A DNA stretch of 64,000 bases, taken from positions 62,001 to 126,000 of the forward strand of contig KZ538028.1 in NCBI GenBank assembly GCA_000934665.2. Reading direction: 5' to 3'. A model generated the notes under the pieces. It was not told where the DNA came from, ran no database searches, and saw nothing but the letters and a program-made list of their open reading frames with translations. Position 1 is the first letter of the stretch. Every line of letters begins with the position of its first letter. The DNA comes from Catajapyx aquilonaris (Eukaryota). The position numbers were made by a program, and so were the translations under genes. Below are positions 35,396 through 50,000 of this stretch, one piece after another.

Positions 35396-38300
35396 CTACA
35401 CTGCTTGGGCCTGCGCAGGGTTGTGATGTAATGTGGGTGGCAGATGAGGTCTCTCTTCAAGCTTGTCATAGTCGAGGTGGAACTCTTTAGCTACCTTCCT
35501 CCAGCTCTGGGCGTCAAAGAAGTAGTAGGTGCCTCTCTCATATGTTGTTGTCTTTTCAAGGGGAACCATCCCTGGTGGACGGGTGATCCAAACCTTCTCC
35601 TCCTTGTGATACCGCCAGTCACGGTTGTACCTGACAGGATAACACATTGTTTAATCAGATTGTGACCAATTGCACATCTCTTTTTTGTAAGCACGCAATA
35701 ATTATAACGCACATTCAATATTATGCACACCGCAATTTTTTGAACAATTTCACGGCATAATTTTTGCCACTATCTGTCAGTATAAAACTTGAGGATTGCA
35801 AGAAGTATTAAACGTACAGTTCAGCTGCTGCTGCCAACTGCAGGACATCCCCGACGTTGGTGTAGAACATGGAAAAGAGCAGGTCGTCTTTGTAGCGGTT
35901 CAGCTTCACAGGGGCCAGTTTGTCCCTGTCGGAGAAGAGTCTAGATGTCACGCCTGAAATTAGCTCTTCATAAGCATTCAAGTCTCACCTGATGGCCGAG
36001 TTTATGAGGTACTCTGGTGGGACATGGAAGTCAATATCTTGCGGTCTGCAGGGGGTGTCCGCCCAAGGACCACCGAAATTAGGATACAGGTTCTCGGTTG
36101 AGTTCAGATTCAGTCCAAGTGCAGTCAGGTCTGAACCCAGGGCGAGAGAAACCAGGTTGGGGTCTGTTTCTGCTGCTCGGATGAACGTTAGGAGTCCGAC
36201 CATTCCAAACTGGTCCTTCACCATACTGGCTGGAATGTCCGTCACCTTCCCATCTGGACTGGTTTGGATCCCACGTTTGGTACCGCTGCTGTTGTTGTTC
36301 GACTCTTCCGGTGCCCTGTTCAGCAACCTCGCCTGTAGGGATCCTTCCAGGTCAATTCCCGATTCGCCTGTTGAGGCTGACACTCCAATGCCAATCCCAC
36401 CACTTGAGAGAGACGTTGGGACAGAATTGACACCGCTGTTCCCACTGCCTTCCTTTGTTGTTGAGCCACTGTTTGCAGCCGCTGCCGCCGCTGCCATAGC
36501 AGCAGCTACAGCACTGTTGCCCCTTCCCATTGGCCCCTCGGCAACTGCAGCAGCTGCCGCCGCCGCCGCCGCCGCTGCAGCGGCAGGGCTTTGTGTCCCG
36601 GGAAGTGCGGGAAAGTCTTCTGAACTCATAGTGAATTCGGATGATTCGGTCGTTGGCTGTTTGACCATACCCACTGCAACAATAGTCAACTTTACCCTGG
36701 TGTTATCTAAAACAGACATCAAAGCCTTCAAACATTTGTGTAACTTATCATATCTGTACAAAATGTCTGGTAACAACTTCCCATATGTAATCATTATTAT
36801 TTTCAAGTAACTTCAATATTAGGCAAAAAAAGGCTTGCCAGCTCCAACATCTATGGAATAAGCCAAATCCAGACATACCTGATTAAAATTCACCTAGATG
36901 TCACATTTAAAATTGGAGTGATTTTATAAATCCGTATGGAGTCTGAAACTCATTGCATGCGCAACTATTAGTAATCAATGCTACATTGTACGATGCTTTA
37001 AATACTATTAAACAACTTGTTAATCCGACACAAGGACGCAATCAACATTTTCACAATTTTACGGGAGATCAAAAAGAAACCTGCAAACCGCTATACAAAT
37101 ACATAGGATGGTGTTTTGCTTTTCTGCTCTAACTCGGACACCACTTTGTCCCATGTGTTCGCCATTTTGTCAGAATGCGACCCAATACTTGATGGTGCTG
37201 GTAGAGGCCATGATCCAGTGTCAGCAAAAATGTCGAATTTGTCATTTAGTCAGATTAACTACAAACTAATAGTGACCCAATACATATGTCTAAAGTAGGT
37301 GTACATGAAGAAAAGCGAAAAGCATTGTGTATTTGTGAGCTGCGCTTATTAAAAAAAAAAAAGAAATAAACATGGGTTTCTCTATACCCAAGTTACTGAT
37401 GGATATTAGTTTGGTGACAAGTTTTTGCAACATGCCCAGAGGTATATTGGAATTTATTTATTATTAATTAATTAATTAATATTTTATTTTATTTGACCCC
37501 ATTGAGAGATCATCACTCTATTAGGAGAGTGGAACACCACCACATTTTCAATTTTCTTAATTTTCTTCAGCTCCGTGCAAGGATGACAGGACATCGGGTA
37601 GGGATGGGGAATTTGGGGAGGAGACACGGGTGCAGAGCAATGTCACAAACTGGGTCATGTGCAGTCTCCCTGGAGGTTAGGTTGCCAGACACCTCCACGG
37701 TGCAGGTCAGAGACCCTCCTGACACAGATGAAAGGGAGCTCCCGGGCGGGGATGAACCCGGGACCTTTCACTCAGCAAGCCAAGATGTTACCATCTCGGC
37801 CACCACACCTCCCCAGGTATATTGGAATTTAATATCCGTCACTATTTCCCTAAAGAAACACAGCCCAATGTTTGGTCACGTATTCCCACAAAACCATGTT
37901 ACAGTTGCTAACTGCAAAGTGGAAAGCAAAATAATTTTTGTATATCGAATAAAATGCATTGCATGCAGAAGCAACAAAATCTGGCTGAGTTGTGTATACA
38001 CACCATAGGGCTTGGTTGGCATTGGGCTTGGTTGTGGGGCAGCATTTGGCGTGGTGACATCTCCCTGCCCGCCCCTGTTGGTCAGGGAGGGGAATTCGGA
38101 GAGGTCCAAGAGAGGTGGAGAAGACGAGTCCCCACCCCCTAAGCCACCTCCTCCTCCCCCACCCCCTCCTAGTCCGCCGCCTCCGATCCCTCCAACCACA
38201 CCCCCTAAGCCGCCCATCCCCATACCACCCACACCCCCAAATGAGGATGGAAACCCACCCATTGTCGCAGCTGCAACCCCCATCACCCCTTGAGATCCAA

Positions 38301-38967
38301 ACGATCTGCCAGGAAGGCCAAATGTACCCATTGCACTCAACGCTGTTGACCTAGAAATGAAAAGTGTGCAAGTTACTATCCTTACATGTTACTGCTTATT
38401 GAAGTATAAGTCAGTGCATACTTACCCAAGGCCAGGGACAGGCCTCCTGTCAGGGAATCCCCTCTGGGCATATATGGACGCTGCGCTTGCCATGGGTGAC
38501 GTGACTCCTGATCCGCCAACTCCTACCCCAACCCCTCCTACTCCTCCACCAACACCGGCCGCTGCTGCCACTGCCGCTGCCCTATTGGCAGCCATAGCTT
38601 GCAAACTCCTATTTGGTGATAACTGCTGGGGCTGCTGGGGAGGTGTCCCGACCTGCTGCTGCGGAGACGCAAAAGGAGAGCCTGCCCCGCCAGTCTGGTG
38701 ATTGGTTCCGGGGGACACTCCAATTGCGCCAGGTCCAATCCCACCTCCCACAACGTTGGGAAATAAAGATGCCGTTGGTGTGACATGACCACCAACATTA
38801 GCTCCTCCGCTGCCTCCACCGGAGTTGGCACCACCTCCTGACCCTCCACCGCTCCCTCCACCTATGACTCCAACTCCACCTCCACCGCCACCTCCAAACG
38901 TCCCTCTACTCAGCCCTTGCGCGCTGGCAAGGCTGCGAGGCGGCTGCTGAAAGTTCAGGTTTGCCAT
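35396..38967 (-). CDS. Rga: Regulator of gene activity / CCR4-NOT subunit 2 (CNOT2)
   Basis: Exons 38967-38426 (MANLNFQQPPRS), 38350-38004, 36673-35989, 35925-35818, 35630-35396. NOT2 motifs SSEDFPALPG, DQFGMVGLLTFIRAAETDPNLVSLALGSDLT, YNRDWRYHKEEKVWITR; Gly/Ala low-complexity tracts. Likely non-coding exon donor at ~39857. Confidence 0.95.
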
Positions 38968-39408
38968 TCCTGCAAACAAAGCAACAAATCAGTGTCACAT
39001 TGTTACTACAACATATAACGACACACATTTGCCCATTTTTCCAGTTCCAAATCACAACAGAAAGTACAACTTGAGGAAATTTGTCTTCTAATTTCTGTCC
39101 TTCTAATGGCACATTTTTTGTTCACTAAAACTAGAATGAATGGGATTAAGGTCCAAAATAATTGCATTACCCTATTTGCAGGGTACTGTGTAACCAACGT
39201 CGCAAATTGATTTGAATCAAACACCACATTTATCCAACAATGCAACTCTACAGTACATTTTGTAGGAACATATATAAATTAATAAAAGCTTGTCTAACAT
39301 TACTGGATTTCTCAAGTTGCGATTTGTTTGAAAAGCGGCAAAAGAGTAATTTGAATTTCTGCAACACCACAATAGATTAGCGAGTTTCAGTTTCATCTGG
39401 CATCGTCA

Positions 39409-39427
39409 TTATAATTACTATTATTAC

Positions 39428-39473
<46 letters not shown>
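39409..39473. repeat. (ATT)n microsatellite
   Basis: ATT/TAT repeat run in the Rga 5' intron. Confidence 0.85.
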
Positions 39474-40497
39474 GACAGAACAATCCTGACCTGGATCCTT
39501 TTTATGGCACGTGACAGTATTACATTTAGACAATCCCACAGGGGCAAACAATGTAATGTGAAGTTGTTTGCCTCCACTGCAAATATATGCGTTGTGTACA
39601 GTACATTCAACTTTCGGAACATGTCACGCTCAGAATCCCTTACATGAGCTCAGTACATTTCGTATGATTCCAACTATAAATTGAGTCCAACAACACTAAC
39701 AAGAAGATGAACCAAACGTGATCAATTCCCCTCTTCCATTGATTCACACGTAACGACACGATCCTGCTTTCCAATTTATCCCAGGCAACAGTGCCCGCTG
39801 CATTGCCCCCAGCCCTTTCCCCGCTCCAGGCCCTCCCTGGAGCCTTACAAACTCACGTCTTGTAATGAGAATTCAAAGCATCCCGGAGACAAAGGTAAGA
39901 ATCCTTATATCCCAAACTCTGCATCTAGTCAGGCCAGCGACCCTCGCATAAGGTGCGTCTGTCACTGTAGCCGACCGATCTAGTTGCGGGTGTGTGCCGC
40001 CAGGGTCGCGGTTACCCACCAAGGGCGGAGTAGGGGGCACGTTTTGCGACCCTGCCGCGACCTTTTCGGGGGCGAATGGCCCGGGAGTTGGCCTCGGGGC
40101 GATTGGTTGCCGCACCTAGTTCGTTGTGTTGGCCCAGGGGCGAGCCCAAACTGGTGGCCTCCATGAAGGCTGATAGGGCTCTCCGGACGTCCATGGACAC
40201 GAACGGTGAGCTGGCACTGTGGTGGGGGTCCTCCCAGGTTGCCCGGTGCTGTCTCGGGGGCGATCCGGGCGACGGGGACGGACCTGGCATGTACGGGAAG
40301 TGGGACTCGGGCTGCGACGAAGGCGACATCGGATCCGCCCGGGGGGTAACTGCGCCCACCTGCGGGACAACCCTGGAAACACGATGCCTGTACTTAACAG
40401 ATGGAGCGAAATCAATGACCGCACGGGTTGCCAGCTCACATTCATATTGATCAGTAGCAGCTAATTAACTAATGGGTACTGATAATTGTACACAGAT

Positions 40498-40980
40498 GGT
40501 CATGTCGTGATCAAGCTGGTACAGTGCAGTGCAATGTGCTGGTACACGTACAGTACAACCGGCCATACAATGTTATAGTCACCGTATCAGTATAATACAC
40601 TGCGTAACATAATAAGCAGCTTATTGTCTCGGCTACTTATGCAACTAATATGTACGGATAATTGCACTACGAGGGTCATGTAGTGATTAAGCTGGTGCGG
40701 AACAGGACAATGTGCGTGTACACGTACAGTACACTCAGTCATACAATGTTATAATCACCGGATGAGTCATTACACTACGTAAAACAATAAGCAGCTTATT
40801 GTCGCTGCATGTAGCGGCTGATTTATGCAACTAATGCTTAATTACAATTAGCCAATCAGGCTTATGAGGTGTAGTACAGTGAGTACAGTACAGTGTGCAC
40901 GTACACGTACAGTATAGGCGACTAGTAGTCACCAGATGAGTCACTACAATGAGTAATGTCATAAGCAGCTTATAGTCACT
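40498..40980. repeat. Diverged tandem repeat, ~180-bp unit x ~2.7
   Basis: Recurring gtcatgt.gtgat.aagctggt / tacacgtacagtac / tcacc / ataagcagcttat.gtc at ~40499, ~40676 and ~40880. Confidence 0.7.
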
Positions 40981-41267
40981 AGTTATTTTTCCTAGAGCCT
41001 CTCTAATTTAACCAAATTAAATTAATTAGCTATGAAATTGGCAATTCCGTCTACGATTCATGATGTGTAATTACTCATCGTATGACTAACCGGCTGAGTT
41101 TACGTGCGTGATTAGAGATAATGGGCTGTGCATGCGCTGGCAACCTTTGCTTCTCATATGATCCTTGATTCTCTCTAGTGTGATTGACGTCGACTGGTCC
41201 TATTTTGCTGCAGCACCAGTTCAGACCACATTTGCACCAGGACAATACACCACAGAAGCCAGCAGCC

Positions 41268-42216
41268 ATGGCGATCAGCGATGCGGACGTGCAGAAGCAG
41301 GTATGACATACCAGTGCACTAGTTAAACCTTGGTGTCGTCCGCACCATGCAGTGATAGGGAGTCATGTGATCACATGAGATGGTTCACACCTGAATTAGT
41401 TGATAATAAAGGCCACCTACACTACTTGCGGTAACGTGACCATAAAATGTCTTTCAGATCAAGCACATGATGGCCTTCATCGAGCAGGAGGCTAATGAAA
41501 AGGCGGAGGAGATAGACGCTAAGGCGGAGGAAGAATTTAACATCGAGAAGGGTCGGTTGGTGCAGCAGCAACGCCTGAAGATTATGGAGTATTACGAGCG
41601 TAAGGAGAAGCAGGTTGAGCTGCAGAGGAAGATTCAGTCGTCCAACATGCTTAACCAAAGTCGCTTGCGGGTACTGAAATCACGGGAGGATCACATTCGG
41701 ACTGTGCTGGATGAGGGCAGGCGTAGGCTTGGGGAGGTCACACGCACCCCAGACAAGTATATCATGCTGCTGCAGGCTCTCATCACCCAGGGGCTCTGCC
41801 AGGTGGGTGGCCTACATGCTGCGTTTGCTACTCTTGCTCACAGTTGCGACTTTTCAGCTGCTTGAAGTGAATGTGGTTGTTCGTTGCCGAGAAGCTGACG
41901 TCTCCTTGACCCAGAGTGCGCTGGATGGGGCAGCCCGAGACTACAAGCGCATTTGCGGGAAAGACGTTAACCTGAAAGTTGACAGCGATGCCTACCTTCC
42001 CGCCGGGATGTAAGTTCTAGCATATTTGTTTGCCAAGAGTTGGTGTAATGAGTCGTATTTGACAGGTGCGGAGGGGTGGAACTTCATGCACAGAAGAATC
42101 GCATCAAGGTAGTCAACACCCTGGAGGCCAGACTCGATTTGGTGTCGTACCAGCTGTTGCCACAGGTCCGCAACATGCTCTTTGGACGCAATCCCAACCG
42201 AAAGTTTGCAGATTAG
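41268..42216 (+). CDS. Vha26: V-type proton ATPase subunit E
   Basis: Exons 41268-41300 ([11 protein letters not shown]), 41458-41802 ([39 protein letters not shown]), 41858-42009, 42066-42216 ([19 protein letters not shown]). Confidence 0.96.
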
Positions 42217-42933
42217 TGCACCCAAACAGCATTATTGAAATTGCTTGTAGTCCCTGCCATTTCAGATTTGTGTTGTGGTATTACTGTACACATTGTTGTC
42301 CATTCCAGGAAAATGTTCCAATAAATATGCACAGGTAGATAGAACGTAAAACACCACTTTTACTTATCCCCATTGCAATAAAAATGAGTAACAATGCTTC
42401 AGGCTGATTCGATTAATCAATAAAATCTATGGCACAAAAAACAAACATAACAATCATGCTAATGTACATTTAAAAATTACAACATATTATTGGAGGGGGA
42501 TGGAGGGGATTGGGCAGCACCACAAGTAACACGGATGTATTGTCTCCCACATCAAGGCCATTGATTATTGTCAGTTTCTCCTTACGTTACAATCTAACAT
42601 CTGAATGTAACTGCCTATTTCTCTAAATTTCATATGTAACACATCAGTAATCTCATTTGTATAATAGGACTAAATGGGAAGACATTTGACCTTCCCAACA
42701 ATGACTATATGGAAGATATGGACTTTGAGGTTTCAGGTTCGAAGGAGGATTCAAAAATTTACCAAATTTTGACCTGTCAAAAAAAAATTACGGGCAAATG
42801 TTATGCACATAATAAAAATTATGGAATGACTACCGAAAAGTTGTAAAAATCGAATGTGAGTGTACGAAAAACAAGTGCAACAATGGTAGGTAGGTCGAGG
42901 GATACATGGCATTTTATGGGCACTAGGAAACAT

Positions 42934-45663
42934 TCAGTTACGTTTGTACCCAAGGAGATATTCCGCCACGCCCCAGAAGTAGACCATCTGAGCTATACCA
43001 AATAATGGAGCAATTACAATCATTCGGCAAGCTGCACCTTTGAAGAACGCTGTTATTCCCTCCTGACGCAGAATTTTCCTGCAATGTAACAGTATGTAAT
43101 GACGTTTTAACTACAAATGGGTCGGGACTTACGAAAATGCATCTGGAATGCCATTGTACGTGGTGTCCTGTGCTCCCTTGGTCAACAACTGCAGCCTGGT
43201 CTTGACTACATCAAATGGATTGACCGCAAATGCAGCCATGGCTCCTGATGCGCAACCAGCCAGCAATGAGCACCAAAAGACAGCTTCGTTACATCCTTTC
43301 TTGCGAGGTCCTAGAGCGTTAAGATGTGCGAATAATGGGAAGTAGACCACAGAAAAGGTGACGTCACGCAGCATAGTAGCAGCTGTTCCTCTGTATAGCC
43401 CAAGAATTCCCTTCTTGCGGATCAATTCCATTGCGATGGAGGTAGCTGAGGGTCGTTTGGCAGTGACGGTTGCACCTGCGGCGCCTTGTGCTGCAGCCTG
43501 GGCTGCTACTCTACCAGCATCCTGCAGTTGTATCTTCAACAGTTCCATTGGGGTGGTTACGATGATCTGGCAAAGACCTGCACTTCCACCAGCCAGCATT
43601 TCCCGACCTAGAGGCAAATGCCCTCCAGGTGTGGACAGATGGTGACGGAAGAAGTCATTTGCTGCCAGTTTTATTGCCTTCTCTGGAGTAATTAGAAGGA
43701 TGTTCACAGCTGATCCTGAAAGAAGATTATTGAAAAGAAGATTTATTACACTGAAAGAAGATTACATTCATATTGTTCACACAAATGCGCACAGCAGCCT
43801 AGTTACATGGATCCTACATGTGATGTGTGAGCCAATATGATTCAAATTAAAAATGGCATTTTAATAATATTTTTCCACATAATTATGTTCTTATTAAGTC
43901 AATATGGCATTCATGATATTGCTGAATTCTGCGCTAAATTATCAACATTATAAACATTATTTAACATTAAAACATAAGCAGCATAACATTTTAACATAAG
44001 CAATCCTATATAAGCTGCCACCAACCTCTGTACATTCCAAGGTATCCTTCGGCACGATATGTCTTCCGAAAACAGTCCACCCTGTAACATTTTAACAACC
44101 ATGATCAGTCCACCTGTTGTAATGATAAAACTGCCAAAGTCGTGGTTCCTTTAGTACACGCAAGGAATTGGAGATGGCTCATGTTGTTGATCACCAACAT
44201 GAGGAATTTGTTTCTCAGATTCCCTTGAAAAATATTTCTTGGCCACGAGTACACTTTACAGGCAGGTTATTTTGACACAATTTCCAGATAAGGATTGTAA
44301 ACATTACTCAGGTCACCTCCAAGTCTCCAACAACTATTTTTACTTCACTTTCCAAATTGCTCCATCCTTGAAAGTTTGATTGCTACACACACAGACCAAA
44401 AAATGTTCATGAATTCATTCCAAGGCATTTTATCTAATGAGAGCAAAAAAGTCTCACAAGGAACAGATGTTTCTCTTACCAAGGGGTTAGTCACATGTGA
44501 AAATGATATCATGGGTCTGACAGGAGTGATGAGGGCTGAAGAGGATGGACCTGGAAAAGTGGATATAACCAAATATAACTAGTAAGGTTTGGATTGGACT
44601 GAACTTGGGCAGACCATTTACAAAGTTAAGTGCATGAAGTTGACGGAATTGGGAAAGGATCATCGGAGGAAGATACGGTAACGACGTGATCTTATTTCAG
44701 TGCTCACAGTTACCGAAGTAATTTCAAGCATCCAAAATTAATCAGCCTATAATTATTAGGTAACATTATTTCATGTATAATATCGTAGACCCTTACGGGA
44801 CTATAAATTTAGTGAGATACCTCACGGTAGCCCTACTGGGGGCCTCTTGAAAATATTCTTAATATGTCTTACTCTATTCAATTACCGTGCTGCTGACGGA
44901 CTTTGACTGTGGGGAAAAAGGGGGAGAACCCCATGAGAAAACCAATATAAACAAGAAGATAGCCCATTTCAACTCTTTCCGCATGAGAAAATCCTATGTC
45001 CGACCAGGGGATTGAACTCTTGAGAGTTGGAAAGCTGGCATATGTCACCATAGTGCCCCATGGGGTATCTATTATATCATCATCATTATTACACAACTTT
45101 CTCTACTTTCTGAAGGGTCTGGAATGTATGAAACTCTTCCATTTTAATACAATGCGGAAAAATTAAAGTATAAGCAATGGGCTGAAAATTTGGGGGAGGG
45201 TGTTCTCATTGAAGGTTTCTAAAAAAAATGGTATGAACTTCATGGACTTGTAAGAAGTGGAGAGGAGGGTGGCTCGTAAGTGACCATCAACCCCTGCGTC
45301 TGTCCTCATGTCCAAACTCACATGGAGGAATACATCTTCTCCCCGTTTGGTCCCACCTGCTGGTTCTGCAGCCTGGTCTTGACCAGATCCAGAGGGAACA
45401 CGCACGACACTCCAATGATCCCCGCAATCCCTCCATTGACAATCTTGGGCACCAAACTGCAACCAAACCACCATTAGAACTCATGTGGAACTGATCAAGA
45501 TGCCAATAGCATTCTAGTTCCAATTGAACATTTCTCCCCACACACAATTGGCATCTTGCTGTATATATATTCAAATGATTGACAGGCAGTGATTGCGTAT
45601 TGACCTGAATTCCTTTGGCTGTGTAATCTGAGGTGCTGCCTTCATCTCTTCCTCCAGTTCCAT
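42934..45663 (-). CDS. SLC25A22: Mitochondrial glutamate carrier (SLC25A22/GC1-like)
   Basis: Exons 45663-45605, 45456-45322 ([32 protein letters not shown]), 44081-44026, 43715-43133 ([43 protein letters not shown]), 43078-42934; three PxD/ExxK carrier signatures. Confidence 0.93.
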
Positions 45664-47067
45664 ATCCCGTTCCCTCTGGAGTCCGCCGTCCGGCTCTCTT
45701 TCGAGTGTGTGGTCCCGCCCGCAGGTTCCCACACTCGATTCAGCGAAGGAGGCTGATGACTTGTTCGAAAAAGTCTCAAAGGCGGTGTTGCCAGAGTTCC
45801 TATCTGAATTGGTTATTGAGGAGGAGGGGGTTATGCAAGGCCGGTTGCTGATTAAAGGATGGCCTTGGTGTGTGTGCGGGAGTGGGTACGATATCCCGAG
45901 CCCGTGACCTCTGAAACTTAACTAATTGAACGTGTTACGCGGTTGTGCGGTTGCGACATTGACAACAGCTGGTACACTGGATGTTACACGGTGCGAGAAT
46001 GCACGAGTCATGCGCGCGCACCAAGGCCGTTGGAAGGGAAGAGCCAATCAGCGTAGTGAGCGCGTTGAGCATGGCTTGGCTGTGTAAATGCGCGGACATT
46101 TTGAATCCATATTATGATATCAGTTCTTTCGCTATTTAAATTAGAACTGCTGTAGCAGCATACTCAATAATAGTTTCACATGCTTGTACATAAAGGTAAT
46201 AATCAGAACTACAATGTACAACATATTGGCAATTGAAGTAATGTATGTACCGTACACTAACGGTAGCAAAGAACTGAACACTCGTGTACATAGCGCATCA
46301 ATGCTCAGACCTTATCTTGTGATGTAAGTATGTACAAATAAATAATGCAGATTTGCTGTGTGTCTAATCGCACCTGTGGTTGTGAATTAATTGGGTTGAA
46401 TAAAACAATGGTTGTGTAATACCAAATCCTTTTTTTCTCTCGCTCCTTTTTTTTTTGGTCAAAGAACAACAACTATGAACACAAACCACTCAACATTTTT
46501 GGGTGGGAAGGTGGTTGGAAGGTTCATGTAAATAAAATAAACAAGTATAACAAGATGTAAATTATTTGTCCACAAAAAACGGGGAGGGTTATCACAGCTA
46601 GGCGACAAAATGCTAATACTATTTCACCACATTAAACAAGTTACTATTGGCAATGGAATGACTATTTCAAAAAGTGTTGATGGACAGGTTTGTTAAAAGT
46701 GAGCAGGATACGACTGCTACTTGTACACAGGAGAAAAAAAAACCACCATGGGGGAAAAAACAACAGTACAAGAATATATGTACAAAGCCCCTAAGTCAAT
46801 AAGAATTGGAACGGAAAGAACAGGTGTGCGTAAAAAAGCACACTTATTCATGTCACACTTGGCACATGCGCATCAAATGTTAACTCGCGACTGTTACAAT
46901 CAACCCCTGGAAAACATGCCGGGAAAGGGTTTGTTAGGGGTGAGATTCCTCAGCGAAAGCTTATCTCTTGGACTGTGCTCAAGGCTTTGAGACTAGATTT
47001 GCGAATCGTTGGGATTTGGCCATTGTTGCAGGACGATGTTGTGTGGTGGGTAGCGTGGGGCTGGCTG

Positions 47068-50000
47068 CTACATCTCCCTCTGCAGAGCAACCGAAGCAAT
47101 GGAGATGCAGCAGAGGCACAGACCCACTAATCCCAACAGTACATACACGCAAGTCACCAGCCAGAAAGAGAACTGGTACAGGTTGCGCTCGCAATAGTCA
47201 GGGGAAGAAGCATTCCAGTAGTCCGGCTGGTACACGCGGTAAATCCAAAACGAACCTGCAGCATAAAAAGGGTCATGAGCAAAGAAATGCAATAATATAA
47301 CCACGTAATAAATTATATGGTATGAATTAGGAGTACTGAAATGCAATACTGTAGCTATGATGTCCCATTAAATGACTGACAGCAACTAATTGCTTTGTGA
47401 AATCTAAACGATACACACAAGGTCTCCACTGTACACTAATGTATTTCTTTTACCTTCATATCTGAAGAAGTGACATCAATACCCATCTTCCATTAACTGC
47501 TCTGGCCTATATATCGAGGGTGAAAGGTCAGAAGGGCATATGAGCCTGTAAGGGAATTTTACACGAGAGGGAAAAACGTTTCATTATTTCAACATTCATT
47601 ATAATTTTGTAACTTTTTTGTGCAGTACACATCTTATCTGCATTGAAACGTGTGTGTGCCACACAAAAAAAGTTACAAAATTATAATGAATGTTGAAATA
47701 ATGAAATGTTATTTCCCTCTCATGTAAAATTCCCTTACAGGCTGACCTGTCACCCTCGATATATGGGCTTGGTTTGGATAACCTTTTCACTCTGGTTGCT
47801 ATTGGCTACCAAGTTCCTGTGACCACCTGCACAAAGCCTGTTTATGATCCAGAAATAAATGGCACTGAATAAGCTTTCCTGACAAATGAAAGATGTACGG
47901 CTTCCCCTGTCACCCATTTATGAACTGGCATTGTCTAAACTAAGCTATCACAGATCGCCAAGGAGAGAAAGCAAAGCCAGAATAAGTTTATTATATGTAT
48001 GCACAAAATGTGGGTCTAGTGAAAGGTAAAGGGAATGTTTCTTTATATTAATATCAAATATTAAAATATTTGTGAAAATGGCTTTGAAAATGGCACCAGG
48101 GCTGAGAGGCCACTCATGATGGCTAACGTAAGACACTTGGTGTGACCCCAATGGTGCCAATGTGATTGGGGCAAGACACCACCTCTACAGGCACAATACT
48201 GTGCAGAAATGTGCCTTCCAACACTTGGGCCTCCCTTCCCTCATGATGATTTGGTGTGGAATGACCCAACTTAAGGCCAAAAGTAAAAGGAAAAACTGTA
48301 ATAACTAGAAAGATATATTCAGAGCAATGACTCAGCTCTTGTTATAGCAATCATTTAAGTGTAATAACCTGGCAAGGACATAAATAGCTGCAACCTTTGC
48401 CTAAATATAAGAAAAATTATTGCCTTGAATATCCCCTCCCTGCAAAAAAGTACAAAAGTAGTAACATTTAAAACATTCAAACACCTAAAGAGTGAAGTGC
48501 CAACAGTTCAAGATGACTTATTTGAATAACAAACCACACCAGTTGGTGATTTGGGCCTCAACATAAGCAGTACCAGTTATCATTATTACAATGAACAATA
48601 AAACAATAAGGAAAGTATCACTTGGCATTCAATATCACAGTCACTATCTTTTACCCTTCTGATTAGACATACTTTCACAGCAATTTCCTTTTACTGACTA
48701 GAAGTTATCACGGTTCTGTCATTTCCTCAATGTATAGGGTAAACCATACAATGATGGCCCACTGCACGTTGGTTCTTTAATAAATAGGCCGTGTAAATGA
48801 CATAACATGAAGAAATGATCATGTTGTGACACCTGTGGTCCGTGGCATGAACTAGGGCAAAAATCAGTCCACAGCAGCGGGCATTGCAAGAGCAGTAATG
48901 GCATCTGACACAGAGACCTACTGGTCATGTTGAAATGCAGAGTCTGGTAAATGTTAACTTTTTCTTAAGGACTTTCTTGCACTGTACGTGTGTTTCTGGT
49001 CTCATAAATATCCCGAAAGCAATGCAAGGTATATGAAAGTATTGGTCTAGAGGTGCGTTATTGAAGCATGGGATTGAAACCAGTCCCCTTGTTCAGGAGT
49101 ATGAATTCATTAGGAGGGCCATCATCTAATGACATTTCATAGTGATGGCCATGCGATAGTCATTACTGTGTTAGGCTTTAAAAAATTGAATGCCACATAT
49201 GTAGGCCTAAGTATCACGATCACGAGAGTTATTCTTGGAGAGAAATGACAGCAATGATTTAGGAGGAAATACGCAATAATAGCAAATCCATAGGCCTATC
49301 TTATTGTGTGTAAAAGCCAAAGCCTATTCTTGTATGTGACGAATACTTGCAAAATAAAATAATCTGTCATATTTCCAGACACCTGTAAAGGCTTTTGAGT
49401 GGCTTTATCTCACATCAGTTAGGCCTACCTTCCTAATACCTATGGGGTCCCTACTTTGGTCCCTAGAGAGACTATTGTTTTGCTGCCATGGCCATCACTG
49501 TCTTGACACCTGGCCATTACTATCTGGATGGGTGGCCATTACTGTCTTTTAGGTAGAATATTTTGTGCATTTAAATAAATATATATACACATTCTGATAG
49601 ATTTGAGTGAATTTGATGCAATGTGAACGGGGAAACCTCAGTCATTAGAAAAATATTTTAGAACATCTATGTGAAAAGAAAAGGTTAGGATATTCATGTA
49701 TTACTGAGACCAATACACTAAACTGGCCATCACTGTATGGTTTACCCTACTTGACTTTAGGAAGATTGGGTGAAGAAAAGATTCCCAACAAAAGTGCAAT
49801 CTGTTATTTCTTAAATTGTGAAAAATAAGGGTGATAAAGCAGTACATTGCAACACTCCACATGATGATAACCGAGATTTAAACGATTTATTACAGTGGAA
49901 CCCGGATTATCCAACTCCTTTGTTTATCTGACTGTCACGCTCCATAAATAAATAAAATAATTTTTCTCATCAAATACTGTAATGTACTACACATGTTTCT

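Noticed and set aside
35992..36810. 272-aa plus-strand ORF (similarly 22780-23472, 30064-30717, 5082-5480)
   Set aside because: Antisense shadows of GC-rich coding exons of Rga, FucTA, shd and Hsp110.
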